Shown here one piece after another: positions 9,798 to 21,794 of a stretch of 64,000 bases of DNA. The notes under the pieces are model-generated. The model ran no database searches. It was not told where the DNA came from and worked only from the letters and a program-made list of their open reading frames with translations. Both the position numbers and the translations under genes were made by a program. The stretch's first letter is position 1. Each line of letters begins with the position of its first letter. Source of the stretch: Dehalococcoidia bacterium (GTDB lineage: Bacteria > Chloroflexota > Dehalococcoidia > SM23-28-2 > RBG-16-64-32); NCBI GenBank assembly GCA_963665775.2, contig CAXXTF010000002.1, positions 128,001 to 192,000 on the forward strand. The letters run 5' to 3'.

Positions 9798-12700
9798 TTG
9801 GCGGTTGTCGCGGCCTTGGCCGTCGGGTTGCTGTTCCTGCTGTCCGGCGGACTGGTCTTGGCGCAGGAGACCATCGAATACGCCGAGAAGGGGAACGGGC
9901 CCGGTAGCGACGTTCACGGCGGAGGACCCGGAGGGGGCATCCATCCAGTGGTCTCTGGGTGGTGTCGACGCCGGCGACTTCACGATCGAGAACGGCGTGC
10001 TTCGCTTCAAGGCGTCCCCCGACTTCGAGAACCCCAAGGGGGGCGGCACGGCGGGCACTTCCAACACCTACACCGTGGAGGTGAAGGCCACCGACGAGAC
10101 GATGAAGGTGGGCACGGAGGCCGTGACGGTCGAGGTGACCAACGTGAACGAGGACGGCACGGTGACCCTGTCGGCACGGCGGCCCCAGACCGACACTGCC
10201 TTCACCGCCGAGGTCACCGACCCCGACGGCGGCGTTGGCCGACGACAAAGTGGCAGTGGGCCAAGGCCAGTTCAAAGAACGGCTCCTACGGAGACATCGA
10301 AGACGCCAACTCGGAGCTCTACACCCCGAAAGATGCCGACGCCGGCTCCTACCTGCGGGCCACGGTCACCTACGAGGACGCGGAGGGCGAGGGCAAGTCG
10401 GCGATGATGGAGTCCGAGTTCCCGTCGCAGCGGATCACGGGAAGTAACAAACCCCCCAAGTTCGCCGACGACCAGGACCTGGTCACGCCCGAGATCCAAA
10501 ACAATGCCGCGCGGACGGTGGCGGAGAACACCTCGGCCGGCAAGACCGTCGGCTCCCCGGTTGTGGCCACGGACGAGAACGGCGACACGCTGACCTACAC
10601 GTTGACGGATGCTGACGGCGGCACGGACGGGGACTCGGCGTCGTTCTCCATCGACTGGGGACGGGGCCAGATAATGACCAAGGGGCTCTGAACCCACGAG
10701 ACCAAGAGCCAGCTACACCGTCACGGTGCGGGCCACGGACCCGAGGGGCATCCCCCGGGGCAGAAATCCGCCGTCATCACCAACAGCGACACCGTAACGG
10801 TGGAGATCACCGTCACCGACGTGAACGAAGCGCCGGCGGTGATGGGAGTCGCCGCGGAGGACTTCAACGAGTCGACGGGCAACATCGACACCGCGCTGGA
10901 CACCTACGAGGCGGTCGACGACCGGTGATGGCGAGTCGCCCGGCTTCCACCTGGTCTGTGGACGGCGCCGACGGGAGCAAGTTCACCGCCGTGGACGGCC
11001 AGCTCAAGTTCAAGAAGAAGCCCGACTACGAGAAGCCCACCGACGCCAACAAGGACAACGTGTACGAGGTGACGGTGCAGGCCTCCGACGGCAAGAAGAC
11101 CGGCATGATAAAGGTGATGGTCTCCGTCACCAATGCCGACGAAGACGGGGTGGTGACCCTGTCCAAGGTGCAGCCGGTGGTCGGCATCCCGGTGAAGGCC
11201 ACGCTGACCGACCCCGACGGCAGCATATCCAAAGCTCACCTGGCAGTGGTCGAGAACGCGACACCGACATCGTCAGACGCCAACTCGGACACCTACACGC
11301 CGGTTGACGTCCGACGTGGAAGACACCCTGACGGCGACGGCGAGTTACTTCGACGGAGAGAGAGCCGATGGCGTTAAAGAAGACCGCGTTCGCGGCCGCG
11401 GATATCAAAGCCGTGGAGCGGGACACCCGCAACAAGCCGCCGGTGTTCGGCGACGAGGACCCGGACACGGCGGGCGTGCAGAACGCCACGGCCACCAGGA
11501 AGGTGGAGGAGAATTACCGCGGCCGACGCCTCTGACGACAGCGCCGCCGACGACGCCGGGGACAACGTGGGCGAAGAGGTCATGGCCACCGACACCAAGG
11601 CCGCCGGCACCGCCGAAACGCTGACCTACAGCCTGGGAGGGGCCGACGCGGCCAAGTTCATTGGGTGCGGGACAACGGCCAGATCGAGGTGGCCGCCGGC
11701 ACGATGCTGGACTACGAGACCAAGAACACCTACAGGGTGACGGTGATGGCCGAGGACCCCCTCGGCGCCTCTGCCTCCATCATGGTCACCATCACGGTCA
11801 CCGACCTGGATGAAATGCCGGACGTGTCCGGGGACGCAAAGGTGGACTATCCCGAGAAGGGCACGCGCCCGGTAGAGGACGTACAGGGCGAAGGACCCGG
11901 AGGGGGCATCCGTCCAGTGGTCTCTGGGTGGTGTCGACGCCGGCGACTTCACGATCGAGAACGGCGTGCTTCGCTTCAAGGCGTCCCCCGACTTCGAGAA
12001 CCCCAAGGGCGGCGGCACGGCCGGCACTTCCAACACCTACACCGTGGAGGTGCAAGGCCACCCGGTGGCGGCAAGCGACGCTAACGTGAACGACGGCCCT
12101 GACCTACGCCCTGCGCGGGACCGATGCCGACGACGGCTGGTCGACCATAGACTCGGCACACGGGCCAGCTGATGACCCTGGACGGCCTTGGACTATCGAT
12201 GACCACGGCCACCTACTCCGTCACGAAAGATGCCGACGCCAGGCAACTCCTACCTGCGGGCCACGGTGCGAGGACGCGGAGGGCTCAAGTCGGCGATGAT
12301 GAAGTCCGAGTTCCCGTCGCAGCGGATCACGGGAGATAACAAACCGCCCAAGTTCCGCCGACGACCAGGACCTGGTCACGCCCGAGATCCAAAACAATGC
12401 CGCGCGACGGTGGCGGAGACCTCGGCCGGCATCACCGTCGGCTCCCCGGTTGTGGCCACGGACGAGAACGGCGACGCGACGTTGACGAGTGCTGACGGCG
12501 GCACGGACGGGGACTCGGCGTCGTTCTCCATCGACGAGAACGGCTCTGCACGAAACGGATGAGACCCGAACTTGGTGCGGGCCACGGACGCGAGACATCC
12601 CCGTGGGAGGACGGCGCTCGGAGCGTGGCGGAGAACACGGCGGCGGGCGAGGACATCGGCAACCCGGTGGCGGCAAGCGACGCTAACGACGCTGCCCTGA

Positions 12701-13641
12701 CCTACGCCCTGAGCGGGACCGATGCCGAGTCCTTTGCCATAGACTCGGACACGGGCCAGCTGATGACCCTGGCGGCCCTGGACTACGAGACCAAGGCCAC
12801 CTACTCCGTCACGGTGACTGCCAGCGACTCAGGCGGTCTCAGTGACTCCATCGACGTCACCATCACCGTGACCGACGTGGACGAAGCCCCGGTGATTGCC
12901 GGGGACGCCGCACCAAATTATGCTGAGAACGGGACGGGCCCGGTGGCCACCTACTCGGCGACGGACCCTGAGAGTGCGACTATCACCTGGTCCCTGGAGG
13001 GTGACGACGCTGCCGACTTCGAGATCAGCGCCGGTGGCGTGCTCACCTTCAACGACCCGCCCGACTACGAGATGCCTGGTGACGCAGACGAGGACAACGT
13101 ATACGAGGTAACGGTGGTGGTCACCGACGGCGAGGAGCAATGCCGGTCACGCGGGACCGTGACGGTCAAGGTCACCAACGTGGACGAGGACGGGACGGTA
13201 ACCCTGTCGGCGTTGCAGCCGCGGGTTGGAGTCGCGCTGACTGCATCTCTTACCGACCCTGACGGCGGCGTCACCGGCGTTACCTGGCAGTGGGCCAGCT
13301 CCGACGCCATGGACGGGACCTTTGCCGACATCGACGGGGCCACGTCGGACAGCTACACCCCGGTTGAGGGAGACGCAGGCAAGTATCTCCGCGCCACCGC
13401 GATGTACACCGACCATCACGAAGAGGGTTCCGGCAAGAGTGCAGAGGCGGTATCCGACAACGCCGTGGTGGCTGGAGAGACCCAGGACCCCTTGCTAACC
13501 CGATATGACGCGAACAGCAACGGCGAGATCGACCGGGACGAGGTCATAACGGCCATCAATGACTACCTCTTCGAGGATGCCATCACCAGAGACCAGGTGA
13601 TAGATGTCCTAAATCTCTACCTCTTCGACTTCGACAGCTAA
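9798..13641 (+). pseudogene. Large secreted cadherin/Ig-like repeat surface protein, multiply frameshifted or scrambled; C-terminal part 12559-13641 is open
   Basis: Signal peptide ...GGLVLAQE; cadherin motifs PDFE/LDYETK, VTDVNEAP; C-terminal EF-hand/dockerin-like RYDANSNGEIDRDEVITAINDYLF. Confidence 0.8.
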
Positions 13642-13693
13642 TTCAAGGGAGGAGGGGCATGCCCATAAGATAAATAAAGGGGGAAGAGAAGCT

Positions 13694-15777
13694 TTGTACA
13701 GATACAGAACAGCGTTGGCGGCATTGATTGTTGGTGTGATAGTGGGTCTGGGGGCGATGTTGGGCTCGGGTTCTTTGGCCGCACAGGATGCGCCCAGCGC
13801 CAGCCGGTCGTTCAACACGGCAACGGTGGCCCAGGGCGGGCAGGTGACGGTGACCATTGCCGCCAGCGACTACGGCCAGGCCGGGGGGGTCACGGAGACG
13901 CTGCCTGCCGGGTTCAGCTACGACTCCAGCAGCCTCGCCGAGAGCCAGGTCAATGAATCCGGCCAGAACGTCAGGTTCACCCTCCTCCAGGGGGACACCT
14001 CCTTCACCTACACGGTCACCGCCTCCAGGGCAACGGGGACCTACACCTTCTCCGGCGACCTCAGGGACTTCGAGCGGAAGGACCACGAACAGGTCGGCGG
14101 CGCTTCCACCGTAACGGTCGAGGCCGCGTCCGAGCCGACGCCCAGCGCCAGCCGGTCGTTCAACACGGCAACGGTGGCCCAGGGCGGGCAGGTGACGGTG
14201 ACCATTGCCGCCAGCGACTACGGCCAGGCCGGGGGGGTCACGGAGACGCTGCCTGCCGGGTTCAGCTACGACTCCAGCAGCCTCGCCGAGAGCCAGGTCA
14301 ATGAATCCGGCCAGAACGTCAGGTTCACCCTCCTCCAGGGGGACACCTCCTTCACCTACACGGTCACCGCCTCCAGGGCAACGGGGACCTACACCTTCTC
14401 CGGCGACCTCAGGGACTTCGAGCGTCAGGACCACGCGGTCGGCGGCGCTTCCACCGTAACGGTCGAGGCCGCGTCCGAGCCGACGCCCAGCGCCAGCCGG
14501 TCGTTCAACACGGCAACGGTGGCCCAGGGCGGGCAGGTGACGGTGACCATTGCCGCCAGCGACTACGGCCAGGCCGGGGGGGTCACGGAGACGCTGCCTG
14601 CCGGGTTCAGCTACGACTCCAGCAGCCTCGCCGAGAGCCAGGTCAATGAATCCGGCCAGAACGTCAGGTTCACCCTCCTCCAGGGGGACACCTCCTTCAC
14701 CTACACGGTCACCGCCTCCAGGGCAACGGGGACCTACACCTTCTCCGGCGACCTCAGGGACTTCGAGCGTCAGGACCACGCGGTCGGCGGCGCTTCCACC
14801 GTAACGGTCGAGGCCGCTCCCTCGGCGACGCCTACGCCTACGCCTACGCCTACCGCTACGCCTACGCTACGCCTACGCCTACCGCACGCCTACGCCTGGC
14901 CCAACTCCAACCCCGACCCCAACCGGCACACCAGAACCTTCTGAGACCGTTACCGTGGATGCCGATGCCGGTCAGACAGTGACCTCAGACACGGAGGAGG
15001 ATGGCGCCACACCTTCAGACCCCGTGGAGACCTCGGTCACGACTCCTAATGGGGGCACCGTGTCCATCGTAGAGGGACCTGCCGACGACGGCCCTCCTGG
15101 TGGCATTGAGTTCTTGGGTCAGCAGGTCAGTATCGAGGCTCCGTCAGCGAGCGCGGCTGACCCTCTGATAATCGTCTTGCGTATAGACGCCTCCCTCATT
15201 CCGCCGGGCCAGAACCAGAATACGGTTCAGGTGCTTAAGGACGGCGTCTTGGTTCCCGCCTGTACCGGCGCACCCGGTGTAGCCGACCCTGATCCCTGTA
15301 TCTCGAACCGGGCCCTTCTCGCCGACGGTGATATTGAGATTACCGTCTTGACCTCGGAGGCCAGCGTGTGGACCTTCGGGGTGTTCGCCACCGTTCAAGG
15401 CGACGTGGACTGCGATGGCGATGTCGACTCCGTCGACTCCCTCAAGGGGTTACGGCATGTGGCCGGGCTGTCCGTGAGCCAGAACGAGCCCTGCCCGGCT
15501 ATCGGCAGCGAGGTTGCCTCCCTGTTCGGCGATGTGGACTGTGACGACGATGTAGACTCTGTGGACTCGCTGAAGATTCTGCGCTCCGTGGCGGGGCTCT
15601 CAGTCTCCCAGATCGAGCCCTGTCCGGACATCGGTATTGCCCGTTGAGGTCACCGCGAGCAGCCCTGTTTCCGGTTCGCCGGTCTCGAGCGCAGCAGGGG
15701 TTACACCGGCCCTGGCGCTGGGCTTTCTAGGCATGGGCGGGCTCTGGGTTGTTGGCAACCGGTTGAGAAAGCGATAA
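13694..15777 (+). CDS. Surface protein: signal peptide, three Ig-like repeats, PT linker, beta domain, dockerin-like pair and C-terminal membrane anchor (contains frameshifts)
   Basis: ORFs 13694..14944 and 14955..15647 join through indels in the ACGCCT tract; one extra C at ~15640 separates the tail VEVTASS...LALGFLGMGGLWVVGNRLRKR* (stop 15775-15777). Confidence 0.7.
13792..14817. repeat. Three near-identical tandem repeats (348/345 bp)
   Basis: Units start at 13792, 14140 and 14485. Confidence 0.95.
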
Positions 15778-16471
15778 AGCCCTGAGGGCGATCTACAAGG
15801 CGATGGCTGGTGCCGAGTCCTGGCCGCACCTGCACTCCCAGGGCGAGTGATACACCTGCCGCTGCTGCGACTCCGTGACGTGCATGTAGATGGCTGTGCT
15901 GGGCGCGCTTTCTTAGCGTCTTCTACTCCGCGCTTGTGCACTAGCCTGAGAACGTCAATGCTGTCCTTGACCACCTTCGTCACCTCCTCACGTCATGCTG
16001 CATTCGTCGTGAGGATGACGCGGTGGTCTCCTTGTAGTTAGACCTCTCTTACACCACTAGCTGGGACTCTACTGCACCGACGCCCGATACGCCCGAGGTC
16101 TGAGTCCGAGGAGCTAGTACTTTTGCTGCAAAGGAAGATGACACGGGCAAAAATGGGTGATCCGCAGGAACCTAGATGGACATTTTCGCTGGACATCGAC
16201 AGCCTGCGGATACCGGATTCCTGGCAATACAGAAAGACACATGAATGCGACTCAGATTCTCTGACCGCTCCGATATCCTGCATCGTCTGCCGGAGTGAGA
16301 ATTCCTATCGAAAACCGCGAACCGCTGCGTCCACCTAGCGCTTGCCTGAGTACGATTGCCGATGGTACAAATACGGGGATCGATCCTGTGTGGCGTTGCT
16401 GTCGCCGGTCTCTAGGGTTAGGTTCAACCTTCATACCGAGACTTGGCCGCCAATCCAACTAGGAGTCATGA

Positions 16472-17623
16472 ATGGCAGAGCGTATATATACCAGGGGTGA
16501 GCAGGGAAGGCTTGAGCCGCTTGAAGAGGAGCCCTTCACAACTGAGGACGAGCTCCAGTCGCTGATCGCCGAGCACCCCGAACTGCTCGACGGCGAGCAG
16601 ATACGGCCGGGCGATCCCCGGCGCTGGCTCCTCATCACTCGCGAGAAGGGGATATCCGAAACCTCTGACTCAGGCGCTCGGTGGGCTGTCGACCATCTGA
16701 TCGTCGATCAGGATGCGGTGCCGACGCTGGCGGAGGTGAAGCGAGGATCGAACCCCGAGATCCGGCGCACCATAGTTGGGCAGGTGCTGGAGTATGCGGC
16801 GCACGCTGCGCGAGCCTGGACCGCGGACGAGCTACGACGTACTTTCGAGGAGTCGGCCAACGCTCATGGCCATGATCCTGGTGAGGTGCTCGGAAGACTG
16901 CTTCGGACGGATGGAGAACCGGATGCTGACGATTTCTGGGAGAAAGTGGCCACGAACCTCTCCGCGAGACGTATGCGTCTCCTGTTCGTTGCTGATGAGA
17001 TACCGGACCCCCTTGAGCGCGTTGTGGAGTTCCTGAACGCGCAGATGCCTAATATCGAGGTGCTTGCGGTCGAGATCAAACAGTTCCGAGGAGAGCGGAC
17101 ACAGACACTGGTCCCGCGCGTTCTCGGTAGGATTGCGAATGCATCCGCTCAGGCGTTGACCAGTAGGCGCCGGAGTCTCAGTCGAGAGACGTTCCTGGAT
17201 CAGTTTACTAGTGACGAGGCACGCAATGCCGCGACACGGATACTTAATGCCGCTAGGGAGTCCGGCGCAGTTTTCGAATGGGGACAGCGCGGTGGTGTCA
17301 GCGTCCGTGGGCACTGCTCGCGCTGGGAGCAGCCAATCACCGTTGCCTGGCTCTACTCGCCGTCAATGAAAGGTGGCGGCTGGATGCGAACCAGAGACTT
17401 CACTTTTGGAGTGGGCATACTCGACTATGATCCAGCACCAGACGAAGAGCTTGGCACAGTCCTTCAGAGGTGGGCGGACATCTTCCGTGACGATTCTTTC
17501 ACAACAGACGCTTCGAGCCAGGGAGTCACCGCGTGGTCGGTTGGCTATGACGCTGCTGCACTCCACATCGACCTATTGACGAGTCGCCTCGCCGGAGTAC
17601 TCTCTGAGTTGAAATCGCTGTAG
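16472..17623 (+). CDS. Putative PD-(D/E)XK nuclease (EndoMS/NucS-like N-terminal domain)
   Basis: EDELQSLI...AVDHLIVDQDAVPTLAEVKR...GQVLEYA; AGGAG RBS. Confidence 0.65.
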   Translation: MAERIYTRGEQGRLEPLEEEPFTTEDELQSLIAEHPELLDGEQIRPGDPRRWLLITREKGISETSDSGARWAVDHLIVDQDAVPTLAEVKRGSNPEIRRTIVGQVLEYAAHAARAWTADELRRTFEESANAHGHDPGEVLGRLLRTDGEPDADDFWEKVATNLSARRMRLLFVADEIPDPLERVVEFLNAQMPNIEVLAVEIKQFRGERTQTLVPRVLGRIANASAQALTSRRRSLSRETFLDQFTSDEARNAATRILNAARESGAVFEWGQRGGVSVRGHCSRWEQPITVAWLYSPSMKGGGWMRTRDFTFGVGILDYDPAPDEELGTVLQRWADIFRDDSFTTDASSQGVTAWSVGYDAAALHIDLLTSRLAGVLSELKSL

Positions 17624-17628
17624 GTACG

Positions 17629-18020
17629 TGTTGCGGTTTGTGTTGGCAACCAGCAAAAGTGAGACAGTTTGAGATCCGAGAGATCAGGGATCGGATTGAG
17701 GTCTTGTAAGCTCCCTGAGGGCCCTGTTGTGCTGCCTTCGTCGTTCGATTGCTTGGGCCTGCACCTCCTTCCTGCGTCGTAGGATCTCCTGCCTCCTTCC
17801 CTTGAGGACGTTTGACGGCGTCACGTTGCCCAGGGCTTTGTGGCAACGCCGGTAGTTATAGTAGCTGACAAAGGCCACGATGGCCGCTTACCAAGTCTGA
17901 GGGCATCTCATACGGCAGTTGGTTCACGTCCCGCTTGAGGGTCTGGTGGTAGCGCTCCAGCTTGCCGTTGGTCTGGGGGTGGAAGGGCGTTGCCAGTATG
18001 TGCTTGATGCCCACCATGCC
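17629..18020 (-). mobile_element. IS481-like 3' fragment with right end
   Basis: HILATPFHPQTNGKLERYH...YYNYRRCHKALGNVTP, frameshifted; ACA terminus. Confidence 0.75.
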
Positions 18021-18282
18021 CAGCATTGACTTGAAGGCGACGGCGTGCTCGCGCTTCCTGGCGAACCTCGAAAACTTCCAGACGAGTATTACCTTGAAAG
18101 GAGCGTTGGGCTGGGCGCCCTCCTCGATCATCTCCCTGAACTGGGGTCTGTCCGCCACACGGCCGCTCTCGGCCTCGTCCACGTACTCGCGGGCGACGGA
18201 GTAGCCGTTGGCCTTGGCGTAGTCTTTGAGCGCCCTCAGTTGGGCGGACACGGACAGGTCGACGTCCTGCCTGTCGCTGGAT
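18021..18282 (-). pseudogene. Large serine recombinase N-terminal fragment
   Basis: SSDRQDVDLSVSAQL...YVDEAESG...DRPQF...VWKFSRFAR. Confidence 0.8.
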
Positions 18283-18319
18283 TGTCCTTGTGTCGTGTCG
18301 GGCCGGTGGAGCGGCTCCC

Positions 18320-18727
18320 TTACAGCGCATTTGAGCGTTCAGTCCCATAGATTCGCAGTTCCGTGTGGCGAGCAAGCACGTCAAAGTCGGCGTCGTTGTG
18401 CAGAATGGGCGCGCCAGCACGTATGGCGGTGGAAGCGATTAGGCAGTCTATCAACCTACGTACGGTCTCTCCTTGCCGCCGGCAACGACGATAGAGCGCG
18501 GCAGCATCGTCGTAGTCCGTCGCCAGGGTTGGTATCACCGCTGCCCGCGCCAGCAGCCGCCGAAGGCTCACTAGGTGTGACTCGTCCCGTGCTCCGGCCA
18601 ACACTTCCATCCCCACCGCATCGCAGACGGCAATCTCTTCCACCAGCAGTTCGTCAACGACATGGCACACCGTAGTTCCCGTGTTTCGCAGGAACTCTAT
18701 CCACGCCGAGGTATCGACCAGTATCAC
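18320..18727 (-). CDS. vapC: VapC PIN toxin
   Basis: ILVDTSAWIEF...IDCLIA...LHNDADF; GTG start overlaps the vapB stop. Confidence 0.9.
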   Translation of the reverse strand: MILVDTSAWIEFLRNTGTTVCHVVDELLVEEIAVCDAVGMEVLAGARDESHLVSLRRLLARAAVIPTLATDYDDAAALYRRCRRQGETVRRLIDCLIASTAIRAGAPILHNDADFDVLARHTELRIYGTERSNAL

Positions 18728-18927
18728 GATGCGCGGTTGGAACGCATTGCGTCGAGGTCGCCCTCCCATCCGATACCTCGAAGAGAGCGGGCTTCATCGA
18801 CAGAGGCGGGCTCGGCCGCCAGCATCCGCAGCGCGAGGTTGATCGCCTCGCGCTTGGTAGCGAGCCGGTAACGCCGCATGACCTCGGCGCACGCCTGATC
18901 GTCAATGTCCACGTTGGTGCGTGCCAT
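18724..18927 (-). CDS. vapB: VapB antitoxin
   Basis: MARTNVDIDD...TKREAINLALR...GWEGDLDAMR. Confidence 0.9.
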   Translation of the reverse strand: MARTNVDIDDQACAEVMRRYRLATKREAINLALRMLAAEPASVDEARSLRGIGWEGDLDAMRSNRAS

Positions 18928-19396
18928 GCACGTATCATACACCCGAAGGTGAAGGCTGGCAAGCCCTCCTACGTGAGCAGACGCCACACCATAAGGATGC
19001 TGACCCCAGCAGGGCGAACAACATGGCGGCCGCCAGGCCCAGACTGAGAGCCAATCGTCTCGTCCTCCCGTGCGCAGCGCGCTCCTTGCGATACGCCTCC
19101 GTCACCTCCTCGTATGCGTCTTCGCTGGCGGATGCGGCGTCCCTGGCCTCGTCCCGTTCCCGCTCCAACTCCGATGCCGTCCGCTCCAGTCCCCGCACGG
19201 TCCGCTCAAGGTCTGATCTTGGACTGGGTGAGCAGGTTCGGGTCGAACCGTCGTGAGCGCAACTGATTTGAGGCTGAGTCATAGCGACAGTTGCGGGTAC
19301 CCTATAGCATACGGAACCGATAGAATCTCCGAGAGGCCAATAGCAATGCAAGATTTACGAGACTCTTCAGGAAGGTAGATCCAGTTTCCGAGAACC

Positions 19397-19636
19397 ATGC
19401 CCTCTAGGATTGATTGGACAGACGAAACGTGGAACCCCGTAACCGGTTGCACTCGCGTATCTCCGGGGTGTGACCATTGCTACATGTTCTCGCTCTATCC
19501 ACGCTTGAAAGCGATGGCGGTCCCCGGTTACGAGTCGGCACCGGATGAGGTTCAGTTGCAGCCCCAAAGGTTGGGTGCACCGTTGTCGTGGCAAACGCCG
19601 CGCCGCATCTTCGTCAACAGCATGGCGGACCGATAG
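19397..19636 (+). pseudogene. DUF5131 (phage Gp37/Gp68-like) N-terminal stub
   Basis: IDWTDETWNPVTGCTRVSPGCDHCY...IFVNSMAD, then an abrupt end. Confidence 0.8.
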
Positions 19637-19667
19637 TTCCTGCGCAGGCTGTAACCCGAGCCGCCGC

Positions 19668-20570
19668 CTAGGGTGCTGACCCCTCCCCCTGGATGATGGT
19701 GGGAATGCCGCAGGTTTCCTGGGCCGCCATTATCTCGGCCACCGCCATCATCATTTCCGGCGATGGTGTGGGCGGCGCCGCGCTCGACTCCAGGTCGGCA
19801 AGGTCGGCAAAGGCCTGGTAGATGATGAACAGGTTCTCCAGGTCCGTCTGCTCGGCTACGCAGCGTAGTTGGGAGGGCAAAGGAAGTGCGTCTTCTTCCG
19901 GAACAGGTCCCGACATGGCTTGCGCTTCTTCGTCGGTCAGGCAGAGCAGCATGGTTATAAAGGAGCGCAAGGAGTCTGTCTCGCTCATCGTCTCGCCCGG
20001 CACCCCGAGCTCTGCGAAAACGTCCTTGATGCAGGCCTGGCTATCATCGGACAGCCCGCCCGCCTGGAGCGACATCATGGCTACGCTCAGGTCGATGGCG
20101 TTGTCCGGCTCCAGGCATTGCAGTGGGAACGTATCGAATCCCATGGCACTCTCGGACAGGGTCAGGTCCTGCATAGCTTCGTAGCTCGCGTCCCCTATCG
20201 CAGCGCGCAGGCAGTCGGCTTCACCTTCGGAAAGCGACGCGATCAGTTCGGCCCCCGTGGTGGTCTCGTCGATATCGCTCAGAGACATCATTGCGGGGGC
20301 TGCGGTGGGATCGGGGGCCGGCGCTGGTGGGCCGGCGCTGCGGTGGGATCGGGGGCCGGCGCTGCGGTGGGATCGGGGGCTGCGGTGGGATCGGGGGCGC
20401 GGTGCGGTCGGCGATCGGGGGCTGCGGTGGGATCGGGGGTCGGCGCTGCGGTGGGATCGGGGGCTGCGGTGGGATCGGGGGTCGGCGCTGCGGACTCGCC
20501 GCACGCCGCGAAAACCAAAGCCCCCGCCACCAGCGCTACCAGCAGTACGGCAAGGGTTTTTGGCACACAA
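19668..20570 (-). CDS. Lipoprotein with a PDPTAA repeat linker, frameshifted within the repeats
   Basis: Lipobox FAAC in one frame; acidic Cys-containing domain in another; GGGATCGGGGG repeats at ~20295-20490. Confidence 0.65.
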   Translation of the reverse strand: MCAKNPCRTAGSAGGGGFGFRGVRRVRSADPRSHRSPRSHRSADPRSHRSPRSPTAPRPRSHRSPRSHRSAGPRSHRSAGPPAPAPDPTAAPAMMSLSDIDETTTGAELIASLSEGEADCLRAAIGDASYEAMQDLTLSESAMGFDTFPLQCLEPDNAIDLSVAMMSLQAGGLSDDSQACIKDVFAELGVPGETMSETDSLRSFITMLLCLTDEEAQAMSGPVPEEDALPLPSQLRCVAEQTDLENLFIIYQAFADLADLESSAAPPTPSPEMMMAVAEIMAAQETCGIPTIIQGEGSAP

Positions 20571-20944
20571 GTATATAATTCCCTAATTTTACTCCCGCCC
20601 CTAGCACGCATAAAAGTAATTTGAAACCCGATCTCAGTCAATCCCCATTATCTAGCGCTTAGAGCGCGCCTGTCAATTCGACCGCTTTCCGTGAGCTTCA
20701 AGCTGATAATCCGGCCATCTTTAATGTCGATGGCTAGATTGCCAGTACCGCCAGTCCCTAGTAGGGCGGCGAGTCTCTGTCGTATCTCGGCGGGAAGCGC
20801 GTCCTGCATCACTCCTCCGTTACCGGTGCAAGCATCGCTGGATCGCCCCCTAACAGCTGCCAAGCCTGCTCGCGGGACACGCCGGCGTCGATCAACTCCG
20901 CCCCACATCCAGGTCGCCGCCCCGCGTCCAGCCGAGCATCGTGT

Positions 20945-21290
20945 AGGCGGCGCCCCAGAAGGCCCGCAGCGCTGGCGGCTCCTGCGGCCGCCGCGTCTGG
21001 TCGTCCCTGAGGACGATCTCCATGGTCAGCGACGAGATCTCGTCCGCGAGGACGGTGTTGGCGATCCAGATCGCCGCTACGCGCAGCGAGCCGGCCTCGT
21101 CCACTGCCTGGCCCGACTTGGTCGGCCTGCCGTCGACGTGGGAGATCAGTCCATTGACGCCGCTGAAGGCAGGGAACGCCCCACTGCCGAGCTTGATGAT
21201 GTTGAACGCCTTGGCCAGGGCCGGCATCACGAGCTTCCTTGATTGGCGACGAGGATGAGATAGGCGCCGACGATCACGAGGCTCAGCGCC
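20945..21290 (-). pseudogene. Prophage remnant: end of a small membrane gene plus N-terminus of a portal-like protein
   Basis: VDEAGSLRVAAIWIANTVLADEISSL resembles HK97-type portal N-termini; preceded by overlapping ...[17 protein letters not shown]. Confidence 0.5.
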
Positions 21291-21291
21291 G

Positions 21292-21617
21292 CGGACCTGG
21301 CTAGAGCGGGTAGGCGTGCAGACTCTGTATATCGAGCCCGGGAGCCCCTGGGAGAACGGCTACATCGAGTCGTTCAATGGGAAGCTACGTGATGAACTAT
21401 TGAATGGGGAGGTGTTCGACACGGTGCTGGAAGCACAGGTCCTCTGCGAGCGGTGGCGACGGAACTACAACGAGGTGTGCCCGCATAGCGCTCTCGGCTA
21501 CCGGCCGTCAGCACCGCAAGCGATCGTGCCATGGCCGGGCTCCACCGCGCCATCCCTGGAGACTACGGCGATGGCCACACTAACATAGCCTGTGGTAGCG
21601 TTTAGGGGGGCAGGTCA
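21292..21617 (+). mobile_element. IS3-family 3' fragment (same element as 26573-27845)
   Basis: Near-identical to 27520-27845, including IRR ...GGGGGGCAGGTCA. Confidence 0.95.
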
Positions 21618-21794
21618 CAAAAGGTGCGCTGATCGCCGCGGTGTGGTACGGTTTGCTTGTCAACACGCGATCCTCGAGCCGCACGTTGCAAGAAGCGGAA
21701 CAGCGGCGGAAGCAGTTGATCGATAATCTACCAGCCTTCAGCTTCGATGCGCGGAAGGCCTGTGACAATTCATAGTGAGAAGTGAGGTATCCTG

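Noticed and set aside
20295-20490. Short GGGATCGGGGG repeats resembling an array
   Set aside because: They encode a PDPTAA linker; there are no unique spacers or cas genes, so this is not CRISPR.
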